Shown in pieces: positions 26,564-41,273 of a DNA stretch of 64,000 bases. The translations under genes and the position numbers were made by a program. The stretch comes from Antedon mediterranea (Eukaryota > Animalia > Echinodermata). Where the stretch lies: contig NC_092676.1 of NCBI RefSeq assembly GCF_964355755.1, forward strand, positions 8,967,888 through 9,031,887. The letters are read 5' to 3'. Position 1 is the first letter of the stretch. Each line of letters opens with the position of its first letter. The notes under the pieces are model-generated. The model worked only from the letters and a program-made list of their open reading frames with translations, did not search any database and was not told the origin of the DNA.

Positions 26564-26941
26564 ATGTCTGGACGTGGTAAAGGAGGCAAAGCTAAAGGAA
26601 AGGCCAAGAGCCGATCAAGCCGTGCTGGACTTCAATTCCCAGTCGGTGGTGTTCACCGATTTTTACGAAAGGGCAACTATGCATCCCGGGTTGGTGCTGG
26701 TGCTCCAGTCTACATGGCTGCTGTACTTGAGTATTTGACTGCTGAAATCTTAGAATTGGCCGGTAACGCTGCACGTGATAACAAGAAAAGCAGAATTATC
26801 CCTCGTCATCTGCAACTTGTCATCCGGAATGACGAAGAATTACACCGTCTTCTCGGAAGTTTAACCATTGCACAGGGAAGTGTATTGCCAAACATCCAGG
26901 CTGTACTTCTACCAAAAAAGACTCAAAGCAAAGTCAAGTAA
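26564..26941 (+). CDS. H2A: Histone H2A, copy 3 (aberrant; no promoter insertion)
   Basis: 125-aa H2A with the same shared substitutions. Confidence 0.93.
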   Translation: MSGRGKGGKAKGKAKSRSSRAGLQFPVGGVHRFLRKGNYASRVGAGAPVYMAAVLEYLTAEILELAGNAARDNKKSRIIPRHLQLVIRNDEELHRLLGSLTIAQGSVLPNIQAVLLPKKTQSKVK

Positions 26942-27626
26942 ATCATCAAAGCAAACATATTTTACTTAAGACCTAACGGCTCTTTTCAAAGCCACCAAAA
27001 TACAAAAAGAGACTTGATTAGTGATTTTTTCCTTATAAATGTTTATAATTGTATAAATGTACAATAGCTGGCCTCAGTTAATAATATTATACAATACAAA
27101 AATTTCGAAAATCGGTCGTAGGTTTTGATTCTCTAAATTAATATTTTGCCATTAGGTATCACATATTCAGTATGCGTTTACGACAACTTTATTCATTTAA
27201 CTATTAATTAAATTAATACTGCCTTTAAAATTAAAGGTCAGATACATGTCCATCTATACGTTTTAATACTAGAATTGTTCATTATGGAATAAATTCTGTC
27301 ATCAAAAACATAATTAGCCATTATAAATATTTTTTTAAAAATCAAGAATTGAAAATTGCCAGTGCTTATTATATGTTCAATGAAACATAATCATCTGAAT
27401 TAGATCTCACATAATATAGAAAACGAATGTTTTATTAAATGATTTAAAATAATGCTTTAAATGTGTATTTAAAGACAATAAAGAACACACTTTTATGAAA
27501 CTAAAAAAGGCGACGAGATGTTTCGTCCATACACGTCCGCGATTGAGTAGATAAAAATGAGGTTCGTCGCTGCGTTGTATCACTCATCAACCAACTAAAC
27601 TGTTTGGTAAAGTTAAAAGCTAAGTT

Positions 27627-28205
27627 ATGGCTGACCACCAAACTAAAACTAAGAAGCTTGTTATAGCCAAGAAGCCTGTTACTCTCCCAACGTACATCGA
27701 CATGGTAACGGCAGCAATTGGTACTTTGAAGGACAAAAGCGGCTCATCTCGCGAGGCTATTGCCAAGTACATCCTAGCCTATTACAAAGTTGAACCCACT
27801 AAAATGAAAACTCATCTTCGTTTGGCTTTGAAACGTGGTGTCGAAAGTAACAAACTTGTTCAAGCAAAAGGTACAGGAGCCAGCGGTTCATTTAAACTGA
27901 ACCAGACTACAGCCAAGGCTGATGAAGCTGCCAAGGCAAAAATGGAAAGATCAGAGAAGAAAGCAGCTGCAGATAAGGAAAAGAGTGTAGCAAAGAAGGC
28001 AAAACAATTAGCAGCGAAGAAGGCAAACAAACCAATTGTAAAGAAGGCTACCAAATTCAAGTCACCCAAGAAGTCTGAGAAAAATAAATCTAAGCCGAAA
28101 ATGTCTATCAAGTCTCCTAAGAAGCCAAAGACAAATAAGCTAAAAAGCCGAAAGTTAAAAAGACATCAAAGAAGGTCGCCAAGAAGTGAAATACTGCTAA
28201 TTTAA
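27627..28205 (+). CDS. H1: Histone H1, copy 4
   Basis: 192-aa ORF; the alternative frame ends ...[10 protein letters not shown], the likely ancestral terminus. Confidence 0.92.
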   Translation: MADHQTKTKKLVIAKKPVTLPTYIDMVTAAIGTLKDKSGSSREAIAKYILAYYKVEPTKMKTHLRLALKRGVESNKLVQAKGTGASGSFKLNQTTAKADEAAKAKMERSEKKAAADKEKSVAKKAKQLAAKKANKPIVKKATKFKSPKKSEKNKSKPKMSIKSPKKPKTNKLKSRKLKRHQRRSPRSEILLI

Positions 28206-28854
28206 TTCAAACCGAACGGCTCTTTTCAGAGCCACCATGTGTATAAAAGGGATTTATTTGCATTTTATTTCATTAGTTTCCAAATCTTGTTTTTAACTTT
28301 GAATACTATATATTATCTCTATTATAATAACGTACAATTAAGTTTTTAGAAAATTTTGTACAGATAGTTGTATTACCTTTTAATACTTATTTTACCGGTA
28401 GTACTGACATTAAAGCGTCGTGTTTCTTTGTCGTGAACGAAACATCACTATTATATCAAAATAATAACTAATAATTAAATTGAAATAATGACTCATAACA
28501 TATTCTTCTTTTTTCCATAATTAACTGTGCTGTTGATTAAATATTTATATATATAAAAGAGTAGTCCTTTTATTTAATATTATTTTATTTTGCAAAGACA
28601 AACAACGATGATTTTATTGACCCTTGCACTTACATTCCTTTTTGTTCAGTTTTGTTCGTTACGATCATTGTATATATAGTTTCGATGGTGGACGACTGAC
28701 CCAATTTTTCTAGTAATATTTATGTTACTGACGAAATGCAAATTGACATAATTACAGTTGAGCAACGTCCGCACAAAGCGTATAAATACTTCGGCATTTC
28801 GACAGTTTCCACACATTTCGAATAATTCTGAGTGATTCTTAATATCGATTAAAC

Positions 28855-29063
28855 ATGTCTGGGAGAGGTAAAGGTGGAAAGTGACTTGGAAAAGGAGGCG
28901 CAAAACGTCATCGTAAGGTTTTGCGTGATAACATCTAAGGCATCACAAAACCAGCTATCCATCGTTTTGCACGTCGTGGTGGTGTCAAGCTTATTTCTGG
29001 TCTTATCTACGAAAGAAACCCGTGGTATAATAAAAGTATTCCTCGAGAATGTCATCCGAGATG
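28855..29063 (+). pseudogene. H4: Histone H4 pseudogene, copy 6, truncated at the array/PFAS junction
   Basis: H4 sequence stops at ...ENVIRD and is followed by sequence homologous to 42145 onward. Confidence 0.95.
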
Positions 29064-31996
29064 ATTTGAGATTTGAGGAAGTTCCGAAAACTGATCGTTA
29101 AATGTATTCCGACTAATGAAACATTACGGCCAGGTTTCCCCGAATGGTAAGACATAATTATAGGAACTCAGAACACGCTTGTTAATGAACTCATCTCTTA
29201 TTTACATTTAGTATTTACAAATCTTGCATTATTTATAAAACAAGCAAACGGATTATCACTTGGAATTTATTTAAGATAGAACTATTTAAAAAAATTTAAT
29301 TAATAAAAGCAATATTATGTTCAAAATGTAAAACTATACAATTTTATAAAAGTATCCAAACAAAACATAATCTTATAATGCAATATACCATTTTATCATA
29401 TTTATTTATATTATATCGAATCTCTTTTTAATACTGAATATCAATCTTTATATCGTTTTAGCTCTGTAATATAAATTTTCTCTGTATACATGTTTGTTTT
29501 ATCTAGACTTGAACACAATTTCAAAATATTTTACATAATCTTCCTCTGTCTGTGTAATATCACCTAAATATTCATTGATAAATAGATAGATAGACAGACA
29601 TATATATTGTAACCTTCACCATATTGTTGTTTATCATTGCAATAAAAGTGGGTTTCCCCCACAAAAGAGAAAAAAAATATATATTGCTGAAATTAAGCCT
29701 CAATAAATAATATTGTTGAGAAGAGGAACACATTTATACAGTATATAATTATATCCCATTTTCATGCATAAAGCAATAGTATCTGCCTCTGAAGCACCAC
29801 CAACAAGATATTATTTTTTTTAAATATATCCCATGTATAAGCAATATTATTATCTATCTGCCTCTGACGTCTCCAAGCACCATGAACAAGCATTTTGGAA
29901 CATCTTCATCCACGGTGACGCTTGTAATGTCTCCCGCCAATCTTGCGGCATCCATGGCCATTGCCACGTCAAAGTTGTACGCTCTGGATGAGGCATGATC
30001 GCCAGATGACGGCCATCTGCGGAGCAAATTGCCGCTACGCCATTGGGTGAGCCATTGGGGTTCAACGGGTATTCAGTTGTCACTTCTCCTTTGTCATCGA
30101 TAAAGCGCACTGGTGCAAGATTTTCAGACAGAACTGTGTCTTTTGTTTCTTTGTTAGAAAACTTCATGTGCCCTAGAGAGAAACAATTTGAGTTGAGTAA
30201 ATTTAATAACATTTTTAGTTAAATTAAAATATAAGTTTGTACTAAGCATCCATCATTATCAAGAGGTATCAATATCTAACCTTCTCCATGCTGTGTCCAG
30301 ACACCAAGCACAGAGCCTTCCATTCCTTTCAGCATTAAAGCAGGGCTTTCATTAATCTTTACAGCAACAAAACGAGACTCAAAACGCTCGGAAAGATTAT
30401 GAGCAAGATGGACTCCTTGCTGAGCTGATGCTGCGTCTAAAAGACAATAACAAATAATTCATAATAAACAGTCTGTCAACAAATGGATATCAAAAAGTAG
30501 TTCATATTTTCTTTTTACTTGTCAAAGAGGCATTACCTGCTTTACACCGGTGTCCTACTACCACTACACTACTTACTAAATATACCTCATGATACCTTAC
30601 CTGTAGTAAGCTCCTTGGTGACATCTGGAGCAACCCAGCCTAGCAGGCCCATTAGTTGGCAGCCATTGCATACACCCAGTGAGAAAGTGTCTTTCCTTGC
30701 TCTAAATGCATCAAACTGAGCACGCACAGCTGGGTTGAACAAAATAGTTGCTGCCCAACCTAAAATGATTAATAAACATTATTTAAATAAACTAGAATAA
30801 ATATTTATTTAGGTTACTATCTGTCTAATACTAGTATAATACTTGGTTACTGCTCCAGCATGTATTTTTGCTATGCTACAAAAAGTGCAATCAGAAAAGT
30901 ATACCTTTTGCAGAACCACAAACGTCTGCAAAACTGAAGCCACCAACAAAAACTACTCCACGGAATTGATCGAGGGTGACTTTCCCGCAAGCTAAATCTT
31001 GCATATTGACGTCCCATGTTTCAAAGCCAGCCATGTGTAGTGTTGAACTCATCTCTCGATCTCCATTACTGCCTTCCTCACGGATCACAGCAACCTTTGG
31101 TTTCATTCCATCTATGGAAGGCCAATTATGATTATGTATATGGTAACTAATGAGCCAAATTTAACTCGTATTACTTTAACAAATTAAAATTCAGAACAAG
31201 ATAATCAATATTCCAAAATTGGTTCTAACCTTTAGAGCATCTTTTTTTAACAGAATTCAAATTTGTTGCAACGGGGTCAAAGGTTAATTTAAATGGTGGT
31301 GCTGTTCTATTTGCTAAATTGCGTTGCTCCACTTCAACACACTCTGGATTTGCTTGTAGTTTTTCCAGTTGAAAACTAGTCTCTTCCCACACGTCTCTAA
31401 GAACAGTCATCTTTTCATTCAAGACTTCTTTCTCATTTACCGAGATGACAACCTATAATTGACATGTAAAATATTCAGATTCATTCTAAAAACCATCATA
31501 AATGATAAATGATCGTAAATAAATGTTCAAATATTGCTTCCATTTAAAAAAAAAAAAACTTACTATTGACCCTTGACCTGATCCACTAGAGTGACCAATT
31601 AGAGAACAAGGGACATTATTGTCACTGAACTGTCTACAAATGTCCTCACTAGCATTAGCTGTTACTTCTAACACCAGCCCTACTTCTTCAGCAAACAGAA
31701 TATCAATTGCAGTTACTGAAAATAAATATATAAAGTCTTACAATGTATTATTGCTTACCAGAGGTTCTGGAACTATATGAAAGATTAAAATGACACTTTA
31801 CAGATCCATTCGAGGCATTTATAGAGATAGCATAATGCTTACCATCAGGTTTGGAAAGTTTGACGTCAATACCACAATTCCCAGAAAACGCCATTTCTAA
31901 TAATGTTGTTACAATACCGCCATCACTAATATCATGACCAGCTGATATTTTTCTATCTACAAAAGGATACAAAAGACAAAGTTGAATTCATATCTC

Positions 31997-32151
31997 TAAA
32001 GCTCTGTCTACACTATCAAACTTTATGTGATGTGATATGCCCATATATGGACATGATATCATATCACTACCATTTTTGGGCATTTCACTACCCTATTTAG
32101 GCGCATCACATTTTTTTGTCAAACTAGTTTGATAGTGTAGACAGCGCTTTA
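31997..32151. mobile_element. MITE in a PFAS intron (PIF/Harbinger-like termini)
   Basis: TIR AGCTCTGTCTACACTATCAAACT ... AGTTTGATAGTGTAGACAGCGCT, flanked by TAA/TTA. Related partial copy at ~35827-35934; duplicates at ~45075-45229 and ~48890-48998. Confidence 0.75.
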
Positions 32152-33459
32152 TATTATAACTACAAGTAAATAAATTTATTGTAAACGTCTAATTAATAAG
32201 TCTATGAAAATGACTACCTTTGATAAGATTTTGCGTTGTGTTGAAAGCCCTTACAAACGTTTCCGGTTCATCGAGATCAGGCGAGGATTGTCCGAGTTGA
32301 TTATAGCACTGAGCGAGGGCACTACCACCTAACCGGTTATGCCTTTTACCAAATGAAACCCAGAGCAAAGTCCCTGAAATAGAATATGTAAAGTCTTGTT
32401 TATAAATATATTATATTTTTTGTTTGTTTAGGTAGTTAATTTAATTGTACCTAACAAAATGTGCAATGTTATATTCACTTTACCTTTACTGTCTGGACAT
32501 TTAAGGTCAGGGGTCACAGTTGCAGTAATATCTGGGCATGCCACATACACAGACACAACCAATGCACCTAAAAAATTGTAATTGATATTTCATTATTAGT
32601 AAGTAAATGGAGTAAAGAAGTGTATTAGTGTATTCAAGCTTAACTTATTAAAATAATTCACAAGATTGTACATCAGACTCTATACTAGTTATTAACAAGC
32701 ATGAAATGTCTAACCTGGAGCTTTGATCGTTTCAGAGCCTATCCTGGCAGCCATACTCAAAGAGTCCTTCCCACCATCCACAGCAACACCCAACTTGCCC
32801 ATCACCTCGCACATAGCCTCGCATGCATCATACAATGCAGCACCCTCACCAGGAAGCTTCGCTGGCCACATCCAGTTACCGCTACATTTGACATCTTTAA
32901 GATCGGAGACCCTAGCAAACACAAGATTGGTAAGGGCTTCTCCTACAGACATCCTGGCACCACAGCCAGGATCGACTAACCCTTTAATAGGCTGCTCTCC
33001 AATGGCTGTAGCTGAGCCTACAGTTTCAAAGTGGGAGAGTGCGGTAACAGCAACATCAGCGAGTGGTGTGTGCAGGGGGCCTACACATTGCTGCTGGGCT
33101 ATCAGGCCAGTGACAGCACGATCAACCTAACAGAAACAATATATCCTGGTTATACACTTTCCATATTCCTTCACACAAATAGATTATGCAATATTAAAGA
33201 TAAACAGATCTTTACCTTATTAGTCAAAAATCTTTTACTGGCTACTGAAGGTAGACGCAGAACACGGTCGAGTGCACATCGGACAGTCAACCCATCAGGT
33301 AGTGTTAACTGCATAAGTTTTGGTTTACATCGATCATACTTGAAAACCTGAGAGAAAAAAAAATATAATTCTATATAATTTTACAGACAGAAAGAGACAC
33401 TATTATTATAACACATAATTATTTTCAATGGTTATTTATGATGAAATCTGTGAGATTGA

Positions 33460-33540
33460 GAAAAAGTGACCTCAGCTGAGATTTGAACCTGGAATCTTCT
33501 GCTTGATATGCAGACATCCTACCATTACACCACTGATGCA
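33460..33540 (-). mobile_element. tRNA-derived SINE head or tRNA pseudogene in an intron
   Basis: Minus strand has TGGTGTAATGG (A box) and GGTTCAAATC (B box) but no clean cloverleaf. Duplicate at ~46540-46618. Confidence 0.5.
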
Positions 33541-36500
33541 TTCATGGTATGGTTCAAACTTATTACCGACACTACTCTACTATCAAGTCTCCATCATACC
33601 TTTTGCGGCATCTTTCCAAGAACCCATTCAAGTTGGAGATCAACTGGATAAGTAAGTGCTGTTCTTTTTATGCTTGGAGGTTCTGCATCACCCTTACCAG
33701 CTTCCACTTTCTTTTCCACCTCAAGACGAATCTGAAACAAAACAAAATATTTTTGTATTGCAAAACTCTTATGCACTCTATCTGTGCATGAAAAGGCATT
33801 CTTCAAAATTAGTAACACTGTAGTATTTAAATGTGTTTTTTCATACTTATCCCACAGTAAGCACAAACTTGCCAATTACAGGATGGATAAAATATTTTAT
33901 AGTTTATCGTGCTTATAAACTAAGTTTTATTTCAGGCTTAGGGAGTGAAGTTGAAAGAGTCGTGAGTTACAACCCTTGACCTTGATTGAACCCTTGACCT
34001 TGGAATTGGAAGGCAAGCATGTTAAACCACCAAGCAACAGCTCCACTAAAAAAATTTAGAATAAAGTAGGTAAAAAAAATCATCCAAATATTACCTTCCC
34101 ATCACCTGTAATGTCACCAACAAAAACAGCTGGACATTTCTCTCTGTCACAAATATCTTGAAGTTTTTCTTGATCCTCAGATCGTATTAGTATGGCATTG
34201 GACTCCTGGTATTCTGCACCCCATAGTTCTAAGGTGTTGATGGTTGGATCACCTAGTTGGAATTCCTTAGCTTTTATTAGAGCACCTGCAGGTTCACATA
34301 TCTCCTTTAAAACATTACCTGTACACAAAAAAATGATTTAATTGGTCAGATGTTAGCCATAGTTTGACATAAAAATAAGTACATTTGTCTGACAAAGTGT
34401 CCCCTTAATAGGGATGTCCCAAATGAGGGGTGCTACTGTACTTAGTAAAATAATAAAAATAAGCACATTGCATGCAAACTCACCATTGCCTCCAGCTCCT
34501 TGATCATGTATACTACATATAGGGTTTGTATCAACCATCTCAATGCACGCCCTTATAACTCGGTTTAGTTTCTGTTCCATCTCCGCATCACCGCGCTGCA
34601 CGGCTTCAAAGTCCAGTTTTTCTGTATTGTCACCTTGAACTTGAATGGAAGATGCAGCGCCCCCACCGACTCCGATGCGATAGATTGGTCCACCAAGTTT
34701 TACAATTTTCATTCCTGCATGGTAAACAATTATTTATCAGTCAATAATTAGTTTTCAATGGAGAAATAAAAACAAAATATTTTATCAGGTTACTATAATC
34801 TTATTTTATATGACAGACATATAATATCTATGTGGAGACAACAATAATAAGAAGTACAGTATTTTTTATGGTGTTGTATTTAGTTTGTTTAACAAACCTT
34901 TTTCTGCTTCGTCTTTAGTCGCATGCATACTCTCAAGCATCCCAATACCCCCGCTGAACATAATGGGCTTGACCCACTCTCTTCTGTCGCTCTCAGAAAG
35001 CATCATGCCAAATGAACGAGAGAAACCGGTTAGAACGGGTTCACCAAACTTGTTGCCGTAGTCAGATGCACCGTTGCTGGCCTCTACAGCAACCGACAGA
35101 GCAGGCGCCATGTTGCTAGGATAAACCATATTTTTGTCCTCCCATGGAAGGTCATACCCTGTTTAAACAAAATGTTCAATCAATGATAATAAATAATTAA
35201 TTACACTGAATATATAACATTTATAAAAAGCAAAATTATGTAATTAAGCAAGCAATTATGCCTGTTCACTGCATGCGTTACTTAATATCTTTCATCCCAT
35301 ACTCTATTTATACATATAAGTGCCAGTAAATGAATATCTTTTAATTGTTGTTACTTTGCAAATCTTTGATAAGGTTTATCCTTTATATTTGTATATTTGT
35401 TATGTTTTATTTTCTGTTATATTTGTATTTATTTTGATTTTTGAGCGAGTAAAGTCTGACATCAATTTTCATAAGGACTACAAAATCTAATTTTTAGATT
35501 TATATAATTTACCTGGAATGTTCAAATTTCCAAAACAGTAGCCTGCAGTGCCAGCCACTACATGTGCCCCCTTCCCTGCAGCCTGAACATCACGTATCCT
35601 ACCCCCAGTACCAGTTGTAGCCCCTGGGAAAGGTGCAACCCCAGTTGGAAAGTTATGGGTCTCTGCTGTGAAGATGATATGCCTGAGTGGTTCAGATTCC
35701 TCCATCACACTTGCTGACCCGGGATTGGCTGGTTTGAGAACTTTGACCTTATGGCCTTTGATTGCACTGAAAATCAAGTAAAGTCATCAAAGTGAGAAAA
35801 AACAGTATAGGTTCATTGACAACATTTAAAGCTCCTACTGTCCCCAAATATGGTAGTGATATGACATCATCATATCCATATATGGGCACATCACATTTTT
35901 TTACATAAAAGTTGATAGTGTAGACAGAGCTTTAGGCAATACTTTGTGGTTCAACAAAATGTGAATAAATATCATTTACGATGGAAATTATGCCTGTAGT
36001 ATTTTATGGGCTATTTCATGACACCCTCTAGAACTAATAATTTCAGGTATAATGCCTAATTCTGTCCAGCACAACAAGATTTATACAAGAGTCATAGACA
36101 CCATTCCAGTGAACTATATCGTGATTCGATTCGGAAAATATGGATATAAATATAAAAGCCACGTAAAATGTTAAGATACCTGCTGTTATCCGAGAATTTA
36201 ATGACGTTGTTATCATTGCTGGTAGCTTGCGTTGACATCACCATCTTGAATAAAGAATGATCTTTTTCTTCTCCATCGATTACCATCTTACCCTTAAAAA
36301 ACCAATGACGACTATGCTCACTAGAAAGAAGACAGAAAGCAAGAAAAAACCATTTGTAGGAATATTTTCAGGAATTTCTAAATACAGTAATGAAAGCTGA
36401 GAAATGTTGCATAGATGAAAAGAATTTAAGTAAAGAATGGTCTATGTCTTAGGATTATCCATGGTTACAAATACTATTTTACATTATTTTAGGCTAGAAG

Positions 36501-37171
36501 GCAAATAGACAATGCCACAATTGTTTTTCACCTGTTTTTTTTTTCAGTTATATATTGAGGCAGATGGTATCTTTGTTCTTTTTGACTGTTTTACTTCATT
36601 TACTTTATTTTTACCTCATTTTGATTTAGCTATTTAGCATATTCTATTTATATCTCTATCCAATCACTGATATACTCACAGCATTGCAATACTGTATTTT
36701 CAATAATTTAGGTTTGTATTAAATAAAGATATTACTTTTACAAGACAGTAAAGAATGTAAATAAATATTCATGACCATCATTCACAGATGGTAAAACTTC
36801 ATGCGACTAAAACTAAAGTGCTTTGTACCTGTTAGACTGAGCCAAGTCAAAGAGTTCAACACTTGTTGGATTCCGTTTAACCTTTTCAATAAACATGTTG
36901 GTGTAAAAGTCTATGTCCCACGTATCAAAGGCAAGTCCTGCAGTAAAGAATAATACAAAATGTTTATAATGCAATATTAATAATAGAAATCTTCATCAAC
37001 CATTTATTGGTCATGATAAGCTTTGGTTTATAAATTCAATAACAATGAATTCTTAAATGAACAATGTATCCACAGACCGATTAAATAATTACTGTACAGT
37101 AATATTAACTGGTTACTAGAACACACTTAAAAGAATATGAAATCATGTTGGATGTTAAGCTAAATGTAATG

Positions 37172-37427
37172 TTAAAGACCTATTCCCTACAATTTTTGCC
37201 TTGTCTTTTCTGTTTTATGGTAAATTATGATAAAAAGAAAGAAACAATGCACATGCACAATGCATGTTATGATTTATAGAAAGTCTCTAAATGATTAGAA
37301 TCAACTTATTTTTCACATTTTTAACAGTTTTAAAGACGAAAAAGTGATCGCATACATATTTATTTTTACATTAAATGTAGTTTGTGACCTATAATTAGAT
37401 CTAAAAACGTAGGAAATGGGACTTTAA
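37172..37427. mobile_element. TTAA-flanked MITE (Kolobok-like)
   Basis: TTAA-AGACCTATTCCCTAC ... GTAGGAAATGGGACT-TTAA, imperfect 15-bp TIR. Confidence 0.5.
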
Positions 37428-38679
37428 TCATAATATAATGATATACAGTATCAACACAAAGTTACCTATATTAATTTTAAAGTTAAGTTAATAGAAAAAA
37501 CTGAAATAGAATTAAAAAACACAGGAGTTTAACACAGGTCAAAGTTCATCTATACTTGGGGAACATGATTGAGAGTACTACAATCACCTAATTCTTTGTT
37601 TGCCTTTTCCAGAGCAACTTTCCCTTCACCTATAACATCAATTTCTAAGACTTCTTCTGGTTTAGCTTTAATTTCAAAGCTGCTGATTGGTTCGTGGTAG
37701 CGACATTCCGTCATACGATCGTGAAGTACGGCTACCAGTAGCTTCTCTTCCTCGGGGCTGATAGACGCAGCAATGCCATGATCGTCGGCTACGTTTATAA
37801 GAAAGCGAATGGTTGATTCCAGCCGATTGGCAGATTGAGACGGCATTTGTTGACCAGGCCGTAGAGAAGTTCAACCTGTGTGTATAAAAATTAAACTTAT
37901 TATATCATATACAGTAGATAGTGTAATGTAATGCCCATGATATTAAATATACAGTCAACATATTCTGCCATGCATGTTTATGCCCACCTTTCTTAATTTA
38001 TGCCTATTACCTTATTGAACAACAAAAATTATGACTTTTACTTTTTCAGATATTACCTACCGAATAACAAAACATACAGTATTATTTATTAATACTTATT
38101 CTCAACTGAAACCGACACTAACACTGTACGACTAGACAAGAAGGGTAATTTGTTAATTAAAAAACATTTTCTGACCTAGGCCCAATTTCAATCAGAAGTC
38201 CATCAGGTTCTTGATCATCTTCAACTATGATTGACTTGGTCAGCAGGCTAAATTCTTCAAAAGGGGTACCTAAGATCCATTGTATTTTCTTCTGTTCTTC
38301 ACCACTGAGGCAATCTATGAAAATAATACACAGTTTAATTGACATTTTCAAAATAATATTAGTTTGGCAAAACAATTTATTAAAATTTAAATTAGAAAGG
38401 AAAAGTACCTACCTCCGTTTACTTCCACATTAAAACATATTTCCGTTTTTAAATCTTGCAATTTAGAATTTTCCAACTGCTTTGCTAATTTCTTCCACAA
38501 AACATTTGAAGCCCCTGGGAGTAATGCCGGACTTTTATAAAACCGAGTAATGATAGTCATATTCTTTAAAAAAATAAATTATTAAATATTAGATCTATAT
38601 TATTTTATATATTACAGTATTATTTATTATTATTGATGTTTACACTAAAAAAGTATAACTATAAAGTATATGACTTATA

Positions 38680-40785
38680 ATAATAATAATAAGCTTTATT
38701 TAATCACGGATACTTAACTTCAACTGAAAGTTGTTTTTCAGTAAGACCGTGTTTAAAGGAAAATACCAACAAAAATAAATGTAAAAAGACCTTAATTACT
38801 ATGAAAAGAGATAAAAAAAAACAAAAACAATTACAATGAAATAAAATGAAACAAGGGTACACTTACTAACTATAAAATTAAATAATACACTACATTTAAA
38901 TAAAGCTACATGAAATTAGCAGTTAACAGTTTCTTAAAAAGAGAGACACTGTTCACATTTTTAATATCTTCATTTAGCTCATTCCTAACCTTGGCACCTC
39001 TATATGATAAGCTACGTTTTTTGGTTTTGGTACTATTAAATTTGGCTTAGTTCTAATATTATAGTAATTGTTTTTGATATTGAATTTATTTTTATTAAAT
39101 ATGGAGGTGCAAGGTTGTTCATAATCTTAAACATAACAATAGCTTCATTTATATATAATATTTCAGCTAAGTTCATCCAATTTAGACTTTGTAGAGCTTG
39201 AGTACTAGAGTGATCTGTAATTCGCGTAGCTTCAGAAATTAATTGTGTTACTGTAAGTGATAATTATTTGTTAGTTCTTTTAATTTTAAAGTATAGTAAG
39301 ATGGAGTTGATGATAGAAGGTCACAGTTTATGTCCCCAATTAAAATAATTTCATTATCAGTATTATTTCTTTCAATTTCTTTAAGAATGTTTTCAAATTC
39401 ATCAAATGTATCAGTACATGGATTAGGTGGGCGATACCATGCAATACTTAAAATAGGTTTCCTCTTCGGTTTAGTTAATTTGATAACAATTATTTCAAGA
39501 TTAGGACTCATTAAATTAAAAGAACAGTTTTGACTTATATATACTGCTACACCCCCTCCTTCTCGGTTTCTATCCTTCCTAACAACATTAAAACCATTAA
39601 TCTCAATTTCATTGTCAATCGCTTATAGTATTATCAAGACGTGTTTCATTTAAAGCTACAATGTCAATATTGTTATTTTCCATTAAGTATTTGATTTCAT
39701 CAAATTTTCCAGGGAAGGTAACAATGTTTAAACCTAAAATATTAAGCACTTTTCCATTAAATACATTACCAATATATGTAAATTATCCTTAACGGAGTCA
39801 ATTTCATTTTTTGAGTTGATTGTAGAAGAGTTCGTATCATTTGTATTATCTGTGGCATTCTCTTCATCACTCAGTTTCTGTTGAATTTCATATCACAGTA
39901 TTTTGATTTGTGTCCTGGTTTGTTACAGTCCCAGCAGACAATAGAATGTCCAGTTTCCCCACAGAAGTGGCATCGTCAGGATTTTGCTCCTTGATGAACA
40001 TAAGGACTATCAGTGACTCTACGTGTTGGCAGTATTTCAAGAGCAGCAGTGCTTAGTTGGTTTAGGTGGAGACCGTGTTGTGTAAATTTTCTTGAGTCAT
40101 ACTTGCTTCCCATGATAAAAGCATTTGAGTTGTCAATATATTTTCCTTCAAACGTTGATTTCAGAACTTTGTTTACCTCATAGACTCTGTTGTCAAAGAT
40201 ATATCTATCGAAACGAGGGCAAATACCTTAAATGAACACTTGACCACAGGTTTTTGGTTCTAGATATTTGATAATGTCATTCATATCAGAGATTACTTTT
40301 CGAAGAGAGTAGTTATTGGACGCACAATCATTGGTTCCGGCATGTATAATAACGTTGTTGATATTTGTTAGATTAGTATCTTTAACCCGTTGTTCTACGT
40401 CTTTGATGGTAGCGTCTCTTAGTGTGCACACTGTGGTATTTTTTAAGCCTCTAACTTTGATATGCTTTAGCATAGAATCGCCAATAGGTAAGTTCTTGAT
40501 TGAGCTTTCGGTTCTCATTTGCTTTGTTGGTTTCTGAGAACTTGCTTCCTCTTCCTCAATGGTGTCATTTGTAATCGTTGGAATAATGGCATCAGTAGTA
40601 TTTGTTTCACTAATTACATTGATGAGAGATTACTCAGGTGTCGATGTTATTTGATCAAGAGTCGATGTGGCAAGGTTAGATGGTGGTTGTTGTATGGTAT
40701 CACCAAGCACATCAAACGTGTTACTTGAGATGGTGCTAATGCCATTTTGTTTACAGTATAGATTAGATTTAGATACAAACTTTTT
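38680..40785 (-). mobile_element. Degenerate CR1/L2-group LINE (ORF1 SGNH esterase, APE endonuclease, 3' end; RT deleted)
   Basis: IGDSMLKHI...IIHAGTND (esterase); VVRKDRNREGGGVAVYI, WYRPPN, ILIGDINCDLL (APE); (ATT)n tail at ~38680. Confidence 0.85.
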
Positions 40786-41273
40786 GGGTATTGCTAAACT
40801 GCGCAAACAACAACAAAAGCTGCGCAAACCTCCTTCAAAACAATTATTATTGATTAGAACACAACTAGAACTATATAGGGAGACAATTTATGGGAAAAAG
40901 AATTTAAAATTCCTTTAAGTTTGCCTTTTTTTGGGTGAAAAACTTCAATTTTTGGGAAAATTACTGATTTAACAGCTCAAAGAACAAAAAAAGCTGCGCA
41001 AACCTCCTTCAAAACAAATAATATTGATAGAACACAACTAGAACTATATAGTGAGACAATTTATGGGGGAAAAAAATTGAAATTCCTTTAAGTTTGCCTT
41101 TTTTTGGGTGAAAAACTTCAATTTTTGGGAAAATTACTGATTTCACAGCGCAAACAACAAAAAAAGCTGCGCAAACCTCCTTTAAATCAATTAATATTGA
41201 TTAGATAACAACTAGAACTATATAGGGAGACAATTTATGGGAAAACAAATTTGAATTTCCTTGGAGTTTGCCT
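40786..41273. mobile_element. Truncated left arm of the foldback element (~2.7 x 173-bp units)
   Basis: Same GGGTATTGCTAAACTGCGC terminus and repeats as 52446 onward; ends abruptly at 41273. Confidence 0.85.

Larger units (their letters stand above)
29850..38560 (-). pseudogene. PFAS: Phosphoribosylformylglycinamidine synthase (FGAR-AT, large PurL type), left copy, frameshifted
   Basis: About 21 GT-AG coding exons with [55 protein letters not shown] and MPHPER. A 23-bp deletion at ~37810 in the third coding exon shifts the frame. Confidence 0.92.
29069..41273. repeat. Segmental duplication copy (partner ~42145-52943)
   Basis: Colinear, near-identical sequence including introns at an offset of ~13,077 bp. 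Confidence 0.95.

Noticed and set aside
32701-33351. Plus-strand ORFs of 92-135 aa inside PFAS (and at 45779-46429)
   Set aside because: Antisense shadows of GC-richer PFAS exons.
33460-33540. Functional tRNA gene
   Set aside because: A and B boxes are present but the acceptor stem does not pair well; treated as SINE-derived.
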